The notes under the pieces: model-generated
What the model was told of the DNA's origin: nothing
The model's input: only the letters and a program-made list of their open reading frames with translations
Databases searched by the model: none
In this document: piece by piece, positions 39,523 to 48,278 of the stretch
Layout: each line of letters begins with the position of its first letter
Numbering within the stretch: the stretch's first letter is position 1
Position numbers and translations under genes: made by a program
Source of the DNA: Candidatus Omnitrophota bacterium
GTDB taxonomy: Bacteria; Omnitrophota; Gorgyraeia; Duberdicusellales; 4484-171
Direction of reading: 5' to 3'
NCBI GenBank assembly: GCA_028703535.1
Contig: JAQVMQ010000001.1
Location: 8,818 to 72,817 of the forward strand
DNA: 64,000 nucleotides

Positions 39523-40758
39523 TTAATCTGTAATGTCTGTCAGTCCCTCAGATAAAGTCGGATGCACAAAAAAATTGTTTTTAAATTTTTCTACTGTCAG
39601 ACCGGCTCGTACAGCAACCGATAATATGCTGATAAGCTCTGCTGCTTCGTTAGATAATATCCCTCCGCCGAGTAATTTACCGTCAATACCTTCAATTATA
39701 TATGCGAATCCGTCTAGATCATTATAAATATGCGCTGAAGCAAACCTGGCAAATGGTATCCGATATGTTTTCTTATGTACACCCCTATTTTTAGCCTCTT
39801 CTTCCGACATCCCTACACTGGCAGCCTGTGGTATCGAGAAAACACATTCAGGTATACCGTTAAGGTTTTCCTCAATATCCTTACCCAAGATATCAGCAAC
39901 ACATATCTTTGCATGATAGTCAGCTACATATGCAAGCATACAATGAGCATTAACATCACCGCACGCGTAAATATTCGATATATTTGTCCTTAACCGGGAA
40001 TCTGTGACTATCCATCCCTTATTCATCTTTATACCAAGCGTATCCAGACCCAGTCTATCTGTATTAGGTTTACGCCCTATCGCCGTTATAACATTATCAA
40101 ATTCAGAAAAATCAGATTCGCTGACTTCTCTGCCTGTAACTATCTTTATACCCGATCGAACCAATAAAGATTTAAGTCTATTTGTCAAGATCACAGGAAA
40201 ATTTACCAAAATTGACGGCTCTTTTTCATAAACTGTCACGTCGTAAAAGGCTTTATTAAGCATACAAGCAAACTCTATACCGATATAACCTCCGCCTACT
40301 ATAAGTATTCTTTTACCAAGACTCTCCGTGTTCAGGAAATTCTCTGATACTATCACTTTTTCATCATTAAATATCTTTACAGGTGACGAACCTACGGCAA
40401 TAACAATATTATTACCGTTGAACTTCTGATCAGCAATCGTTACCTCATTAGGACCTGATACAACACCTTTACCAACAACTATATCAACCCCGATTTTACG
40501 TAAAAACAGTATAACCGGTTCCCTTAATTTAGTTATGAATTCATTTTTTTCGGAAATTAAAGAAGGCCAGCTCATGCGTCCTGCATTCTTTAACATAAAT
40601 TTTGTTGGTATACAGCCGCTATTAAGACATATACCGCCTACGGCACTTACATCATCGACTGTCATAAGGACTTTAAGATTATGCCTGACAGCTTCTTTAG
40701 CGCAAGTCACTCCCGCAGGACCGCATCCGATAATCATTATATCGTATTTATTATCCAT
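39523..40758 (-). CDS. Dihydrolipoyl dehydrogenase-like pyridine nucleotide-disulfide oxidoreductase (short, 411 aa)
   Basis: IIGCGPAG FAD site, redox-active GGICLNSGCIPTK, second Rossmann IVGGGYIGIEF, C-terminal HPTLSE. No E1/E2 genes adjacent. Confidence 0.75.
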   Translation of the reverse strand: MDNKYDIMIIGCGPAGVTCAKEAVRHNLKVLMTVDDVSAVGGICLNSGCIPTKFMLKNAGRMSWPSLISEKNEFITKLREPVILFLRKIGVDIVVGKGVVSGPNEVTIADQKFNGNNIVIAVGSSPVKIFNDEKVIVSENFLNTESLGKRILIVGGGYIGIEFACMLNKAFYDVTVYEKEPSILVNFPVILTNRLKSLLVRSGIKIVTGREVSESDFSEFDNVITAIGRKPNTDRLGLDTLGIKMNKGWIVTDSRLRTNISNIYACGDVNAHCMLAYVADYHAKICVADILGKDIEENLNGIPECVFSIPQAASVGMSEEEAKNRGVHKKTYRIPFARFASAHIYNDLDGFAYIIEGIDGKLLGGGILSNEAAELISILSVAVRAGLTVEKFKNNFFVHPTLSEGLTDITD

Positions 40759-40766
40759 AAATATGT

Positions 40767-41681
40767 CTATAAACTATCTATCATCTCTTTAGTCTTTTCG
40801 GCTGATTTTAATAAATCCGTTTTTTCCTGTTCAGTTATAGTCAGCTCGACTATTTTTTCTATACCGTTTGAACCTATAACGGCCGGTACACCAAAGCATA
40901 TCCCCGATATGCCGTATTCACCCGTAAGAAACGCCGAAACCGCAAGTGTACGCTTATCGTTGTTCTTTATTGATACCAATATATCTAAAACACCCGCACT
41001 CGGTGAATAATAGGCACTTCCCGTTTTAAGATATTGTACAACCTCACCACCGCGAAATTTAGTTTTATCAACACACTCGTTTATCTCTTGTTCAGAAAGC
41101 ACATCTGTAATCTTTTTATCAGCAATGGTAGTCTTTGACAATAACGGCACCATACTGTCACCATGACAGGCAAGAACATATGTCTTGATCTTTGAACGCG
41201 GCACGCCTGTCTTTTCAGACAAAATATTAATAAATCGCGCACCGTCGAGTGTGCCTGCCATTCCGATAACTCTTGATTTATCAAACCCTGTTGTCTTAAG
41301 CATCTCATAAACCATAACATCAAGCGGATTGGTTACAACTATCACAAGCGCATCAGGACAGTTTACCTTTATTTTCTCAGCCACCGACCGTATAATATCT
41401 GCATTTTTCTTTATAAGATCATCTCTTGTCATACCAGGTTTACGGGCAAGACCTGCCGTCATAACCACAATATCTGAGCCGGCTATATCATCAAAATTTG
41501 TTGTTCCCAAAATTTTACGTTCATGTTTGACAATGGCTGCGGCATCAGACATATCTATCGCCTTACCTTTAGCCAATCCGTCAACAATGTCTACCAACAA
41601 AACGTCAGCTATATCTGATTCAGCTATACGCATAGCCAGCGTCGCACCGACATTACCTGCCCCTATAACACTTATCTTCAT
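40767..41681 (-). CDS. mdh: Malate dehydrogenase (LDH-like type)
   Basis: MKISVIGAGNVGAT; substrate loop GLARKPGMTRDDL, where Arg at the discriminating position indicates malate. Confidence 0.9.
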   Translation of the reverse strand: MKISVIGAGNVGATLAMRIAESDIADVLLVDIVDGLAKGKAIDMSDAAAIVKHERKILGTTNFDDIAGSDIVVMTAGLARKPGMTRDDLIKKNADIIRSVAEKIKVNCPDALVIVVTNPLDVMVYEMLKTTGFDKSRVIGMAGTLDGARFINILSEKTGVPRSKIKTYVLACHGDSMVPLLSKTTIADKKITDVLSEQEINECVDKTKFRGGEVVQYLKTGSAYYSPSAGVLDILVSIKNNDKRTLAVSAFLTGEYGISGICFGVPAVIGSNGIEKIVELTITEQEKTDLLKSAEKTKEMIDSL

Positions 41682-41797
41682 AAAAAAAGGCTCCTATATA
41701 ATTTTTCTTTGTTTTCCCCAATTCGCTTCGCTTTCGGGGCCAGCTAATACTCTATTTAGTTTCACATTTAACTCTTAATTCTTACGACGCATGCCTT

Positions 41798-41846
41798 CCC
41801 GCCACCCTATTACTATATATTTAGGCGGGTCCGTCTTCGGCGGAAC
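41798..41846. repeat. Intergenic ~50-nt double-hairpin element, copy 3
   Basis: CCCGCCaCCCTATTACTATATATTTAGGCGGGTCCGTCTTCGGCGGAA; ends about 5 nt from the icd stop codon at 41852. Confidence 0.65.
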
Positions 41847-41851
41847 GTCTT

Positions 41852-42943
41852 CTATCCTTGTATTTCCTTTACTATAGCATCAGCCATTTCTTGAGTACCG
41901 ACAGCACTGGGATCGTTCCTGTCCTCTTTAAGGTCATACGTTACGTATTTGCCGTCCTGTATAATCTTTATAACAGCGTTCTCAAGAATGTCCGCCGCTT
42001 TAGTTTCACCTAAATGACGCAGCATCAATACCGCCGACAAGATCGTAGCAGTAGCGTTAACCTTATTTTGCCCTGCGTATTTCGGAGCACTGCCATGCGT
42101 TGGTTCGAAGACCGCAATATCGGCGCCTATATTGGCACCTGCAGCAAGGCCCAACCCGCCGACAAGACCTGCACAAAGATCAGATAATATATCGCCGTAT
42201 AAGTTCTCCATAACCAAAACATCATAATTTTGCGGTACTTTAACCAACTGCATACACATATTATCAACTATAGTATCCCAATACTCAACACGCCCCTCAT
42301 ACTCTTTTGCTATATCATAGAATATCTTCAAGAACAATCCATCAGTAAATTTCATTATATTAGCTTTGTGCACACAATTCACACTTTTACGGCCGTTTTT
42401 AACTGCATATTCAAATGCCGCACGAACGATACGCTGAGTACCGAAAACAGAAATAGGTTTTATTGATACCGCGCTTTCTGCCGATATTTTTTTGTCAGAC
42501 ATCGCGTTTATCTCCGCAATAATCTTCTCTGTTTTTCTATCACCCAGCTCAAATTCTATACCCGCGTATAGATCTTCCGTGTTTTCTCTAAAAATAACCA
42601 AATCAATATTCTTATATTTGGCAAGTTTATCGGGTAAATACGTTTTTATAGGCCTAACACAGGCAAAAAGATCGAACATCTGTCTTATAGTAACGTTAAT
42701 CGAACGGAAACCTTTACCTACAGGTGTAGTTATCGGCCCTTTAATGGCTATTTTATTTTTACGGATCGACTCTATAGTCACCTCTGGCAAAAGTGAATTA
42801 TATTCGCCAAGCGCATTTTCACCCGCAGGCATACTCTCCCACTTGATATCGAGGTTTAATGCATCGACACATTTAACCATAGCTTGAGTAACCTCCGGGC
42901 CTATACCATCACCCGGCAATAATGTTACAGTATATTTACTCAT
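41852..42943 (-). CDS. icd: Isocitrate dehydrogenase (NAD-IDH / beta-decarboxylating dehydrogenase family, 363 aa)
   Basis: TLLPGDGIGPEV, SINVTIRQMFDLFACVRP, NLYGDILSDL, G(L)AAGANIG. Assigning isocitrate rather than isopropylmalate or homoisocitrate as substrate is an inference from the neighbouring TCA genes. Confidence 0.75.
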   Translation of the reverse strand: MSKYTVTLLPGDGIGPEVTQAMVKCVDALNLDIKWESMPAGENALGEYNSLLPEVTIESIRKNKIAIKGPITTPVGKGFRSINVTIRQMFDLFACVRPIKTYLPDKLAKYKNIDLVIFRENTEDLYAGIEFELGDRKTEKIIAEINAMSDKKISAESAVSIKPISVFGTQRIVRAAFEYAVKNGRKSVNCVHKANIMKFTDGLFLKIFYDIAKEYEGRVEYWDTIVDNMCMQLVKVPQNYDVLVMENLYGDILSDLCAGLVGGLGLAAGANIGADIAVFEPTHGSAPKYAGQNKVNATATILSAVLMLRHLGETKAADILENAVIKIIQDGKYVTYDLKEDRNDPSAVGTQEMADAIVKEIQG

Positions 42944-42972
42944 AGCTGCTCCTTGTTTAGTTTTTCGCCATC

Positions 42973-42993
42973 AGCTCTTAGCCTTTAGCTCTA
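42973..42993. repeat. Three tandem heptamers AGCTCTT-AGCCTTT-AGCTCTA in the icd 5' region
   Basis: Read directly. Confidence 0.5.
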
Positions 42994-43170
42994 TTTGATT
43001 TTTCCCGATTCGCTTTTTTCTACTTCTCGAGACCGGTTTACATATTAAAATATATGTTTCCGAAAAATAAAAATCCATCAAAAATTTATTCACCTTTTCT
43101 GACACCAATATTATATGTCTTTAAATCAATGAGGTACTAACGACTAAAGACTATCCATCAACACCTATTC

Positions 43171-43205
43171 AGCTAACGGCTAATAGCCAAAAGCTAAAGG
43201 CTTAT
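43171..43205. repeat. Five tandem degenerate heptamers AGCTAAC-GGCTAAT-AGCCAAA-AGCTAAA-GGCTTAT immediately after the pilT stop
   Basis: Read directly. A further pair GACTAAA-GACTATC lies at 43142-43155. Confidence 0.6.
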
Positions 43206-44254
43206 TATAGACTATCAAATTCGGCTTCGTTACGAACCTTACTAACAGCCGCTTCTTTTGTTATCAAGCCTTTCTTATAAAATTCTTTTAAACATTTATC
43301 CATCGTATGCATGCCGTACTGTGCCCCCATCTGTATCAATGACGGTAACTGTGCTATTTCACCTTCACGAATAAGATTACGTACACCAGAGCTTGATATC
43401 ATTACCTCAGTGGCAAGTATACGCCCGTCACCTTCGGCACGCGGCAATAATATTTGTGAGATAACACCCTGTAAACAGTCAGCAAGCTGTACTCGCACCT
43501 GTTTCTGTTGGTAAGGCGGAAATACATCAATTATACGCTGTATAGTCTGCGGCGCATCAGGTGTATGCAAAGTAGCCAATACTAAATGACCCGTTTCAGC
43601 GGCAGTAAGCGTCGTCGAAATAGTTTCGAGATCCCGCATTTCACCCACAACAATCACGTCCGGGTCTTGCCGTAAAACACGGCGCAACGCCTCAGGAAAC
43701 GAATGAGTATCATAATGAACCTCACGCTGTTTTACTATACTCTTTTTATTTGTATGGTAAAACTCTATCGGATCTTCAATACAGATTATCATCTCCTGAC
43801 GTTCTCGATTTACTACGTCAAGCATAGCAGCCATAGTCGTACTTTTACCTGTACCCGTAGGCCCTGTAACAAGCACCAACCCATTAGGCCTACGCAATAG
43901 ATCATATACGACATTGGGCAGTCCAAGAGTCTCTATAGACGGGATAACTTTGGGTATACGTCTAAATGCCGCCTCAACACTGCCTCGCTGATAATGAACA
44001 TTAACACGGAACCGGTCCATATCAGGCAAAGCAAAAGAAAAATCCAACTCTTTATCACGTTCAAGCATAGATTTATGGTCATCAGTTAAAATACCATAGA
44101 TCATCTGTTTTATTTCATCATCATCAATCGTAGGTAAATTAGTAAAATGGAGTTTACCGTCAATACGTAATACCGGAGAGCGCTGTACTGTTAAATGCAA
44201 GTCACTTGCATTCTGCTGCATAGTCATCTTTAGTAGCATATTGATATTCAACAT
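43205..44254 (-). CDS. pilT: Type IV pilus retraction ATPase PilT
   Basis: ASDLHL, Walker A GPTGTGKST, VGEMRD, His box GHLVLATLHT. No other pilus genes in the window. Confidence 0.9.
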   Translation of the reverse strand: MLNINMLLKMTMQQNASDLHLTVQRSPVLRIDGKLHFTNLPTIDDDEIKQMIYGILTDDHKSMLERDKELDFSFALPDMDRFRVNVHYQRGSVEAAFRRIPKVIPSIETLGLPNVVYDLLRRPNGLVLVTGPTGTGKSTTMAAMLDVVNRERQEMIICIEDPIEFYHTNKKSIVKQREVHYDTHSFPEALRRVLRQDPDVIVVGEMRDLETISTTLTAAETGHLVLATLHTPDAPQTIQRIIDVFPPYQQKQVRVQLADCLQGVISQILLPRAEGDGRILATEVMISSSGVRNLIREGEIAQLPSLIQMGAQYGMHTMDKCLKEFYKKGLITKEAAVSKVRNEAEFDSL

Positions 44255-44266
44255 ATAACTCCTTTA

Positions 44267-45514
44267 TTACTTAATTGCCGGACATCCTATCTTACCATGT
44301 ATCGCCGAAAACGCTACATTAGCAGATGACGCAATATAAATTTCTGATTTCTCGTTCCCCATAACGCCACGGGAATTATCGTCGCCCGAGGATATACATA
44401 CATCACCGTCACAAAGTACTCCCTGATGAATACCGTTTGACGGGCCATAACCAACAGGTAATATTATCGCGCCGGAAGCCGATAGCGTACGTATATACCC
44501 TTTATCTAAAGAACTTTTAAAAATCTCCGATGTAGCCGGCGCAATATAAAATTTAACATTACTTTTAACTTTATGCCCTTTTAATATTTTAGCCGCATTT
44601 TTTATATCTTCAAGACTTGAATTAGCGCATCCTGCTATAACAGCCTGAGTTATTTTTCTATCAACAGATTTCTTTATATCAGTAACATTATATATACTAT
44701 GCGGATTAGCTATCTGCGGGCCAATCTGGGAAACATCAAATTCCAATATCTCACTATATTTACAATCAATATCCGAATAAACAGGCTTAGTTTGTTTCAC
44801 TAATATCTCGGCAAGATATGAATACACCACTTTATTTGGCGCTAAAACCGCACTTACAGCGTTTAATGAACTTGACATCGCCGTAATAGTAAATCTATCA
44901 GCTAAAGACAAACTGTCGATAAAACTTCCCGAAAACTCTATTACACGTCCCTTAGCATAATCCGGACCCAAATTCCCTATAATAGATAGCATTACGTCTT
45001 TAGGGTATACAGTTTTTTTTAATTTACCTGATAGAATAATTTTCATTGTCTCGGGAACCACACATTTTAACGTGCCGGTGCCAAAGAAATTTGAGATATC
45101 CTCCGCTGTCACGTTTAAACCTAAGGCGCCTAACGCACCCGCAGTCGAAACAAACTTAGCTGTCCCTGTCAAAAGAGTGCCCGGAATAGCCAGCCCGGTC
45201 TCAGCTATTACATGGTGGGATATCCCGCGTCCGACATCAAAAATATTGCTGTTATTTTCTTTAGCAAACAAGCGGATAGACCCGTGGACAGAAGCCGACT
45301 CGACATTCGAGCAAGGGCTCATATGGTCAAAAAAGAAAGCAAATTTTTTGAAATTCTTTTTATTAACTTTATTCTTATGAAAATTAGAGATAATGTTTTT
45401 ACCGGTCAAATCATCAGCAAACGCAAAATCAATTTTAGCATTAACATTTGTGCCTGCATTACATTTTATACCAGACTTATTTGAAAAAATTTTTTCGGCT
45501 ATTGTCTTTGCCAT
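44267..45514 (-). CDS. Aconitase-superfamily large-subunit (LeuC/HacA-like) homolog with degenerate active site
   Basis: Overall archaeal-type LeuC layout (MAKTIAEKIF..., FDH, PHS..N). However, GICHQV is GISHHV, GADSHT is GTAKFV, CGPCLG is YGPSNG and NRNFxGRMG is DDNSRGVMG. ATG at 45512-45514 behind an AAGGGGGA SD; the track uses an upstream TTG. Confidence 0.7.
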   Translation of the reverse strand: MAKTIAEKIFSNKSGIKCNAGTNVNAKIDFAFADDLTGKNIISNFHKNKVNKKNFKKFAFFFDHMSPCSNVESASVHGSIRLFAKENNSNIFDVGRGISHHVIAETGLAIPGTLLTGTAKFVSTAGALGALGLNVTAEDISNFFGTGTLKCVVPETMKIILSGKLKKTVYPKDVMLSIIGNLGPDYAKGRVIEFSGSFIDSLSLADRFTITAMSSSLNAVSAVLAPNKVVYSYLAEILVKQTKPVYSDIDCKYSEILEFDVSQIGPQIANPHSIYNVTDIKKSVDRKITQAVIAGCANSSLEDIKNAAKILKGHKVKSNVKFYIAPATSEIFKSSLDKGYIRTLSASGAIILPVGYGPSNGIHQGVLCDGDVCISSGDDNSRGVMGNEKSEIYIASSANVAFSAIHGKIGCPAIK

Positions 45515-45543
45515 TATTCCCCCTTTTGGCAAGAAACGGTAAC

Positions 45544-46707
45544 TTACAAAGATTCAACAAATTCTTTTATCCTGATGATGCCTTTGTTTATCTGATCACT
45601 ACTTGTTGCGAAGCTCAACCTTACAAACCCATCCGCCCCAAAAGAATCTGCGGGTATGCACGATACAAGTTTTTCTTCAAGCAGCCTAGAAGCAAAATCA
45701 AAGGAACTTAATCCTGTGCCGCTTACGTCACAAAACATATAGAACGTACCATTTGATTTCATTGGCTTAAAATTCTTTATACCTGATAACCCCTTGTAAA
45801 GCAAATCACGTCTGTTCTGGAATTCTTTCTGTATTTGTGCCTGCCATGTTATATCAGCCAATGCCGCAATCGCAGCATGCTGTGATATTGTGCACGAACA
45901 TGAAGTTGTATGGTCAATTATCTTAGACGCATGTCCTATAAATTCATCATTGGCGACAAGATAACCCAAACGCCAACCGGTCATAGAAAAAGCCTTTGAA
46001 AAACCGTTAACCGTAATAGTTAAATCTTGAGCGCCCGGCAAAGAAGCAAAACTTACATGATCAGACCCGTCATATATTAATTTCTCGTATATTTCGTCAC
46101 TTAAAACGTAAAAATTATTTTTTTTAGCAATCTTAAGTATCTCTTCTAACTCTTCTTTAGTATAAGTAACACCTGTAGGATTCGACGGATAATTTAATAT
46201 CAAGACACGCGTTTTACTAGTTACGGCCTTGGCCAATTCAGACGGTTTGAGTTTAAACCCGTCTTCCTGTCTAGTAGCCACATTCACCATCCTAGCACCT
46301 AACAAAGCCGCCATCTCAGGATAACTCACCCAATAAGGAACAGGAACAATTATCTCATCGCCCGGCTCGACAACCGTTAATAATCCCACGTAAATAGCAT
46401 ATTTCGCACCGGCAGTAACAATAATGTTAGCCGCAGATACGTTCATACCATTTTCGTCATTTAATTTTTTAGCGATAGCTTCACGTAAAGCCGGCAATCC
46501 GGCAGACGGTGTGTATTTAGTGAACCCCTTATCAATAGCAATCTTTGCAGCCTGCTTTATAAAATCAGGCGTGTCAAAATCAGGTTCACCAGCCGCAAAA
46601 TTAACGACATCTTTTCCCTGGCTTACCATCTTTTTAGTCAATGCCGTAATTTTCAGCGTAGCGGATTTATTTAATTTCTCTACGTTAGAGTTAATTTTGT
46701 TTAGCAT
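45544..46707 (-). CDS. Class I pyridoxal-phosphate aminotransferase (aspartate aminotransferase-like)
   Basis: GEPDFDTP, NPTG and SKAFSMTGWRLGY (PLP lysine). Confidence 0.85.
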   Translation of the reverse strand: MLNKINSNVEKLNKSATLKITALTKKMVSQGKDVVNFAAGEPDFDTPDFIKQAAKIAIDKGFTKYTPSAGLPALREAIAKKLNDENGMNVSAANIIVTAGAKYAIYVGLLTVVEPGDEIIVPVPYWVSYPEMAALLGARMVNVATRQEDGFKLKPSELAKAVTSKTRVLILNYPSNPTGVTYTKEELEEILKIAKKNNFYVLSDEIYEKLIYDGSDHVSFASLPGAQDLTITVNGFSKAFSMTGWRLGYLVANDEFIGHASKIIDHTTSCSCTISQHAAIAALADITWQAQIQKEFQNRRDLLYKGLSGIKNFKPMKSNGTFYMFCDVSGTGLSSFDFASRLLEEKLVSCIPADSFGADGFVRLSFATSSDQINKGIIRIKEFVESL

Positions 46708-46716
46708 AAACCTGAA

Positions 46717-47277
46717 TTATTTTTTCTTAGGTTCTTTTTCAGCCTTTATTTTCCCTTTAATGTTTTTTTCTTCCTTAGGTTTACGTTTGAAAACTTTTTT
46801 CACATTCTCAGATATCTTTTTAGCCTTACGCTCAACAGCAACCTTTTTAGACTCTGTCTCCTGCTCTTTTATACGATCCTCGCTTATGTTTTCTTTTTGC
46901 TCACGAACTTTTTTAGTAACATCTGTTTTGGTTAACTCTAAAATCGACATTTTAGCGGCGTCACCTTTTCTGAACCCCATAGCCAATACTCTTGTGTAAC
47001 CGCCTGTTATATCTTTAAAACGCGGAGCAATATCATCAAAAAGTTTCTTAACAAGATTGTGGTCCTGCAAATAACTAAAAGCCAAACGTCTGTAATGTAA
47101 CGTATCTTTCTTCCCCCAAGTTATTAATTTATCCGCCGCAGAGCGTAAAGCTTTAGCTTTGGACTCAGTTGTTTTTATCCGCTCAGATATAACCAACGCC
47201 TGCAAAAGAGATTTAACAAGCGCGCGACGCTGACTATATGAACGTGAAAACTTCTCACTTTTCGTACGATGCCTCAT
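46717..47277 (-). CDS. rplQ: 50S ribosomal protein L17 with ~70-aa K/E-rich C-terminal extension
   Basis: MRHRTKSEKFSRSYSQRRALVKSL... then a long KKVREQKEN...KEPKKK tail. Position after rpoA. Confidence 0.95.
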   Translation of the reverse strand: MRHRTKSEKFSRSYSQRRALVKSLLQALVISERIKTTESKAKALRSAADKLITWGKKDTLHYRRLAFSYLQDHNLVKKLFDDIAPRFKDITGGYTRVLAMGFRKGDAAKMSILELTKTDVTKKVREQKENISEDRIKEQETESKKVAVERKAKKISENVKKVFKRKPKEEKNIKGKIKAEKEPKKK

Positions 47278-48260
47278 AACGACTCCATCTTTTTCCGGTC
47301 AAATTCCGTACCTAACGTCAAACCCATTGTTTTTATCAATTCACCAACTTCGGTTAAAGATTTCTTTCCGAAATTTCTAAAAGCCAGCATTTCAGCTTCA
47401 GATTTTTCCACCAGATCAGCCAATATTTTAATATTTGCTTCACGCAAACAGTTAGCGCTGCGCACCGAAAGTTCAAGCTCTGTTATCGGTATGCGTAATT
47501 TTTCATAAAGAGATATTTCTTCCGGTGTAAGATCATCGATCTCTTCTTCCGCTATATCACCTAAAGTGAAAAATAACTCAAGATGCTTACTTAAAACTTT
47601 CGCGCTGTATATCAATGCTTCTTTAGGTTCAATACTTGCGTTAGTAAATATCTCGATATTGAGTTTATCATAATCGGTCCGCTTACCTACACGTGTGTTA
47701 TCAACACTGAACGCGACACGCTTAACAGGCGTAAAAATAGAATCAATCGCAATAACTCCAATCGGCATATCTTCACGTTTATTCATATCCGCAGGCACAA
47801 ACCCACGGCCCCGGCCTACTTCCATCTCAATTTCAAGTTTAGCTTTTGGGTCGGTCAAGGTTGCAATATGCAAATCAGGATTTATAATCTCGATACTTTC
47901 GTCTGTTTCTATGTCACGCGCTTTAACTTCGCATTCGCCTTTAGCTTTTATATATATCTTGCGAGGCGCTTTAGAATACGAACGTAAAACAACGTTCTTA
48001 ATATTCAAAATAAGCTCTGTAACATCCTCCATTACACCGTCAATAGCATCAAACTCGTGCGGAACACCTTCGATCTTTATTGAAGTAACCGCGGCTCCTT
48101 CAATTGAAGATAACAAAACACGTCTAAACGCGTTCCCTAAAGTTACGCCGTATCCTCTTTCAAGCGGCTCGGCAACAAATTTACCATAGTTCGGTGCATA
48201 TGTTTCCTGTTCAACCGCTATCCGTTTTGGGAATTGAAAATCACGCCATGTTATACCCAT
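47274..48260 (-). CDS. rpoA: DNA-directed RNA polymerase subunit alpha
   Basis: NTD (GYGVTLGNAFRRVLLSSIEGAA) and CTD (ELSVRSANCLREANI); ATGA overlap with rplQ. Confidence 0.97.
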   Translation of the reverse strand: MGITWRDFQFPKRIAVEQETYAPNYGKFVAEPLERGYGVTLGNAFRRVLLSSIEGAAVTSIKIEGVPHEFDAIDGVMEDVTELILNIKNVVLRSYSKAPRKIYIKAKGECEVKARDIETDESIEIINPDLHIATLTDPKAKLEIEMEVGRGRGFVPADMNKREDMPIGVIAIDSIFTPVKRVAFSVDNTRVGKRTDYDKLNIEIFTNASIEPKEALIYSAKVLSKHLELFFTLGDIAEEEIDDLTPEEISLYEKLRIPITELELSVRSANCLREANIKILADLVEKSEAEMLAFRNFGKKSLTEVGELIKTMGLTLGTEFDRKKMESL

Positions 48261-48278
48261 CTTATTACCTCCAAATTA

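Noticed and set aside
43205-44254. pilT as part of a type IV pilus cluster
   Set aside because: No pilB, pilC, pilM-Q or pilin genes are adjacent, so only the single ATPase is annotated. A pilus locus may lie elsewhere in the genome.
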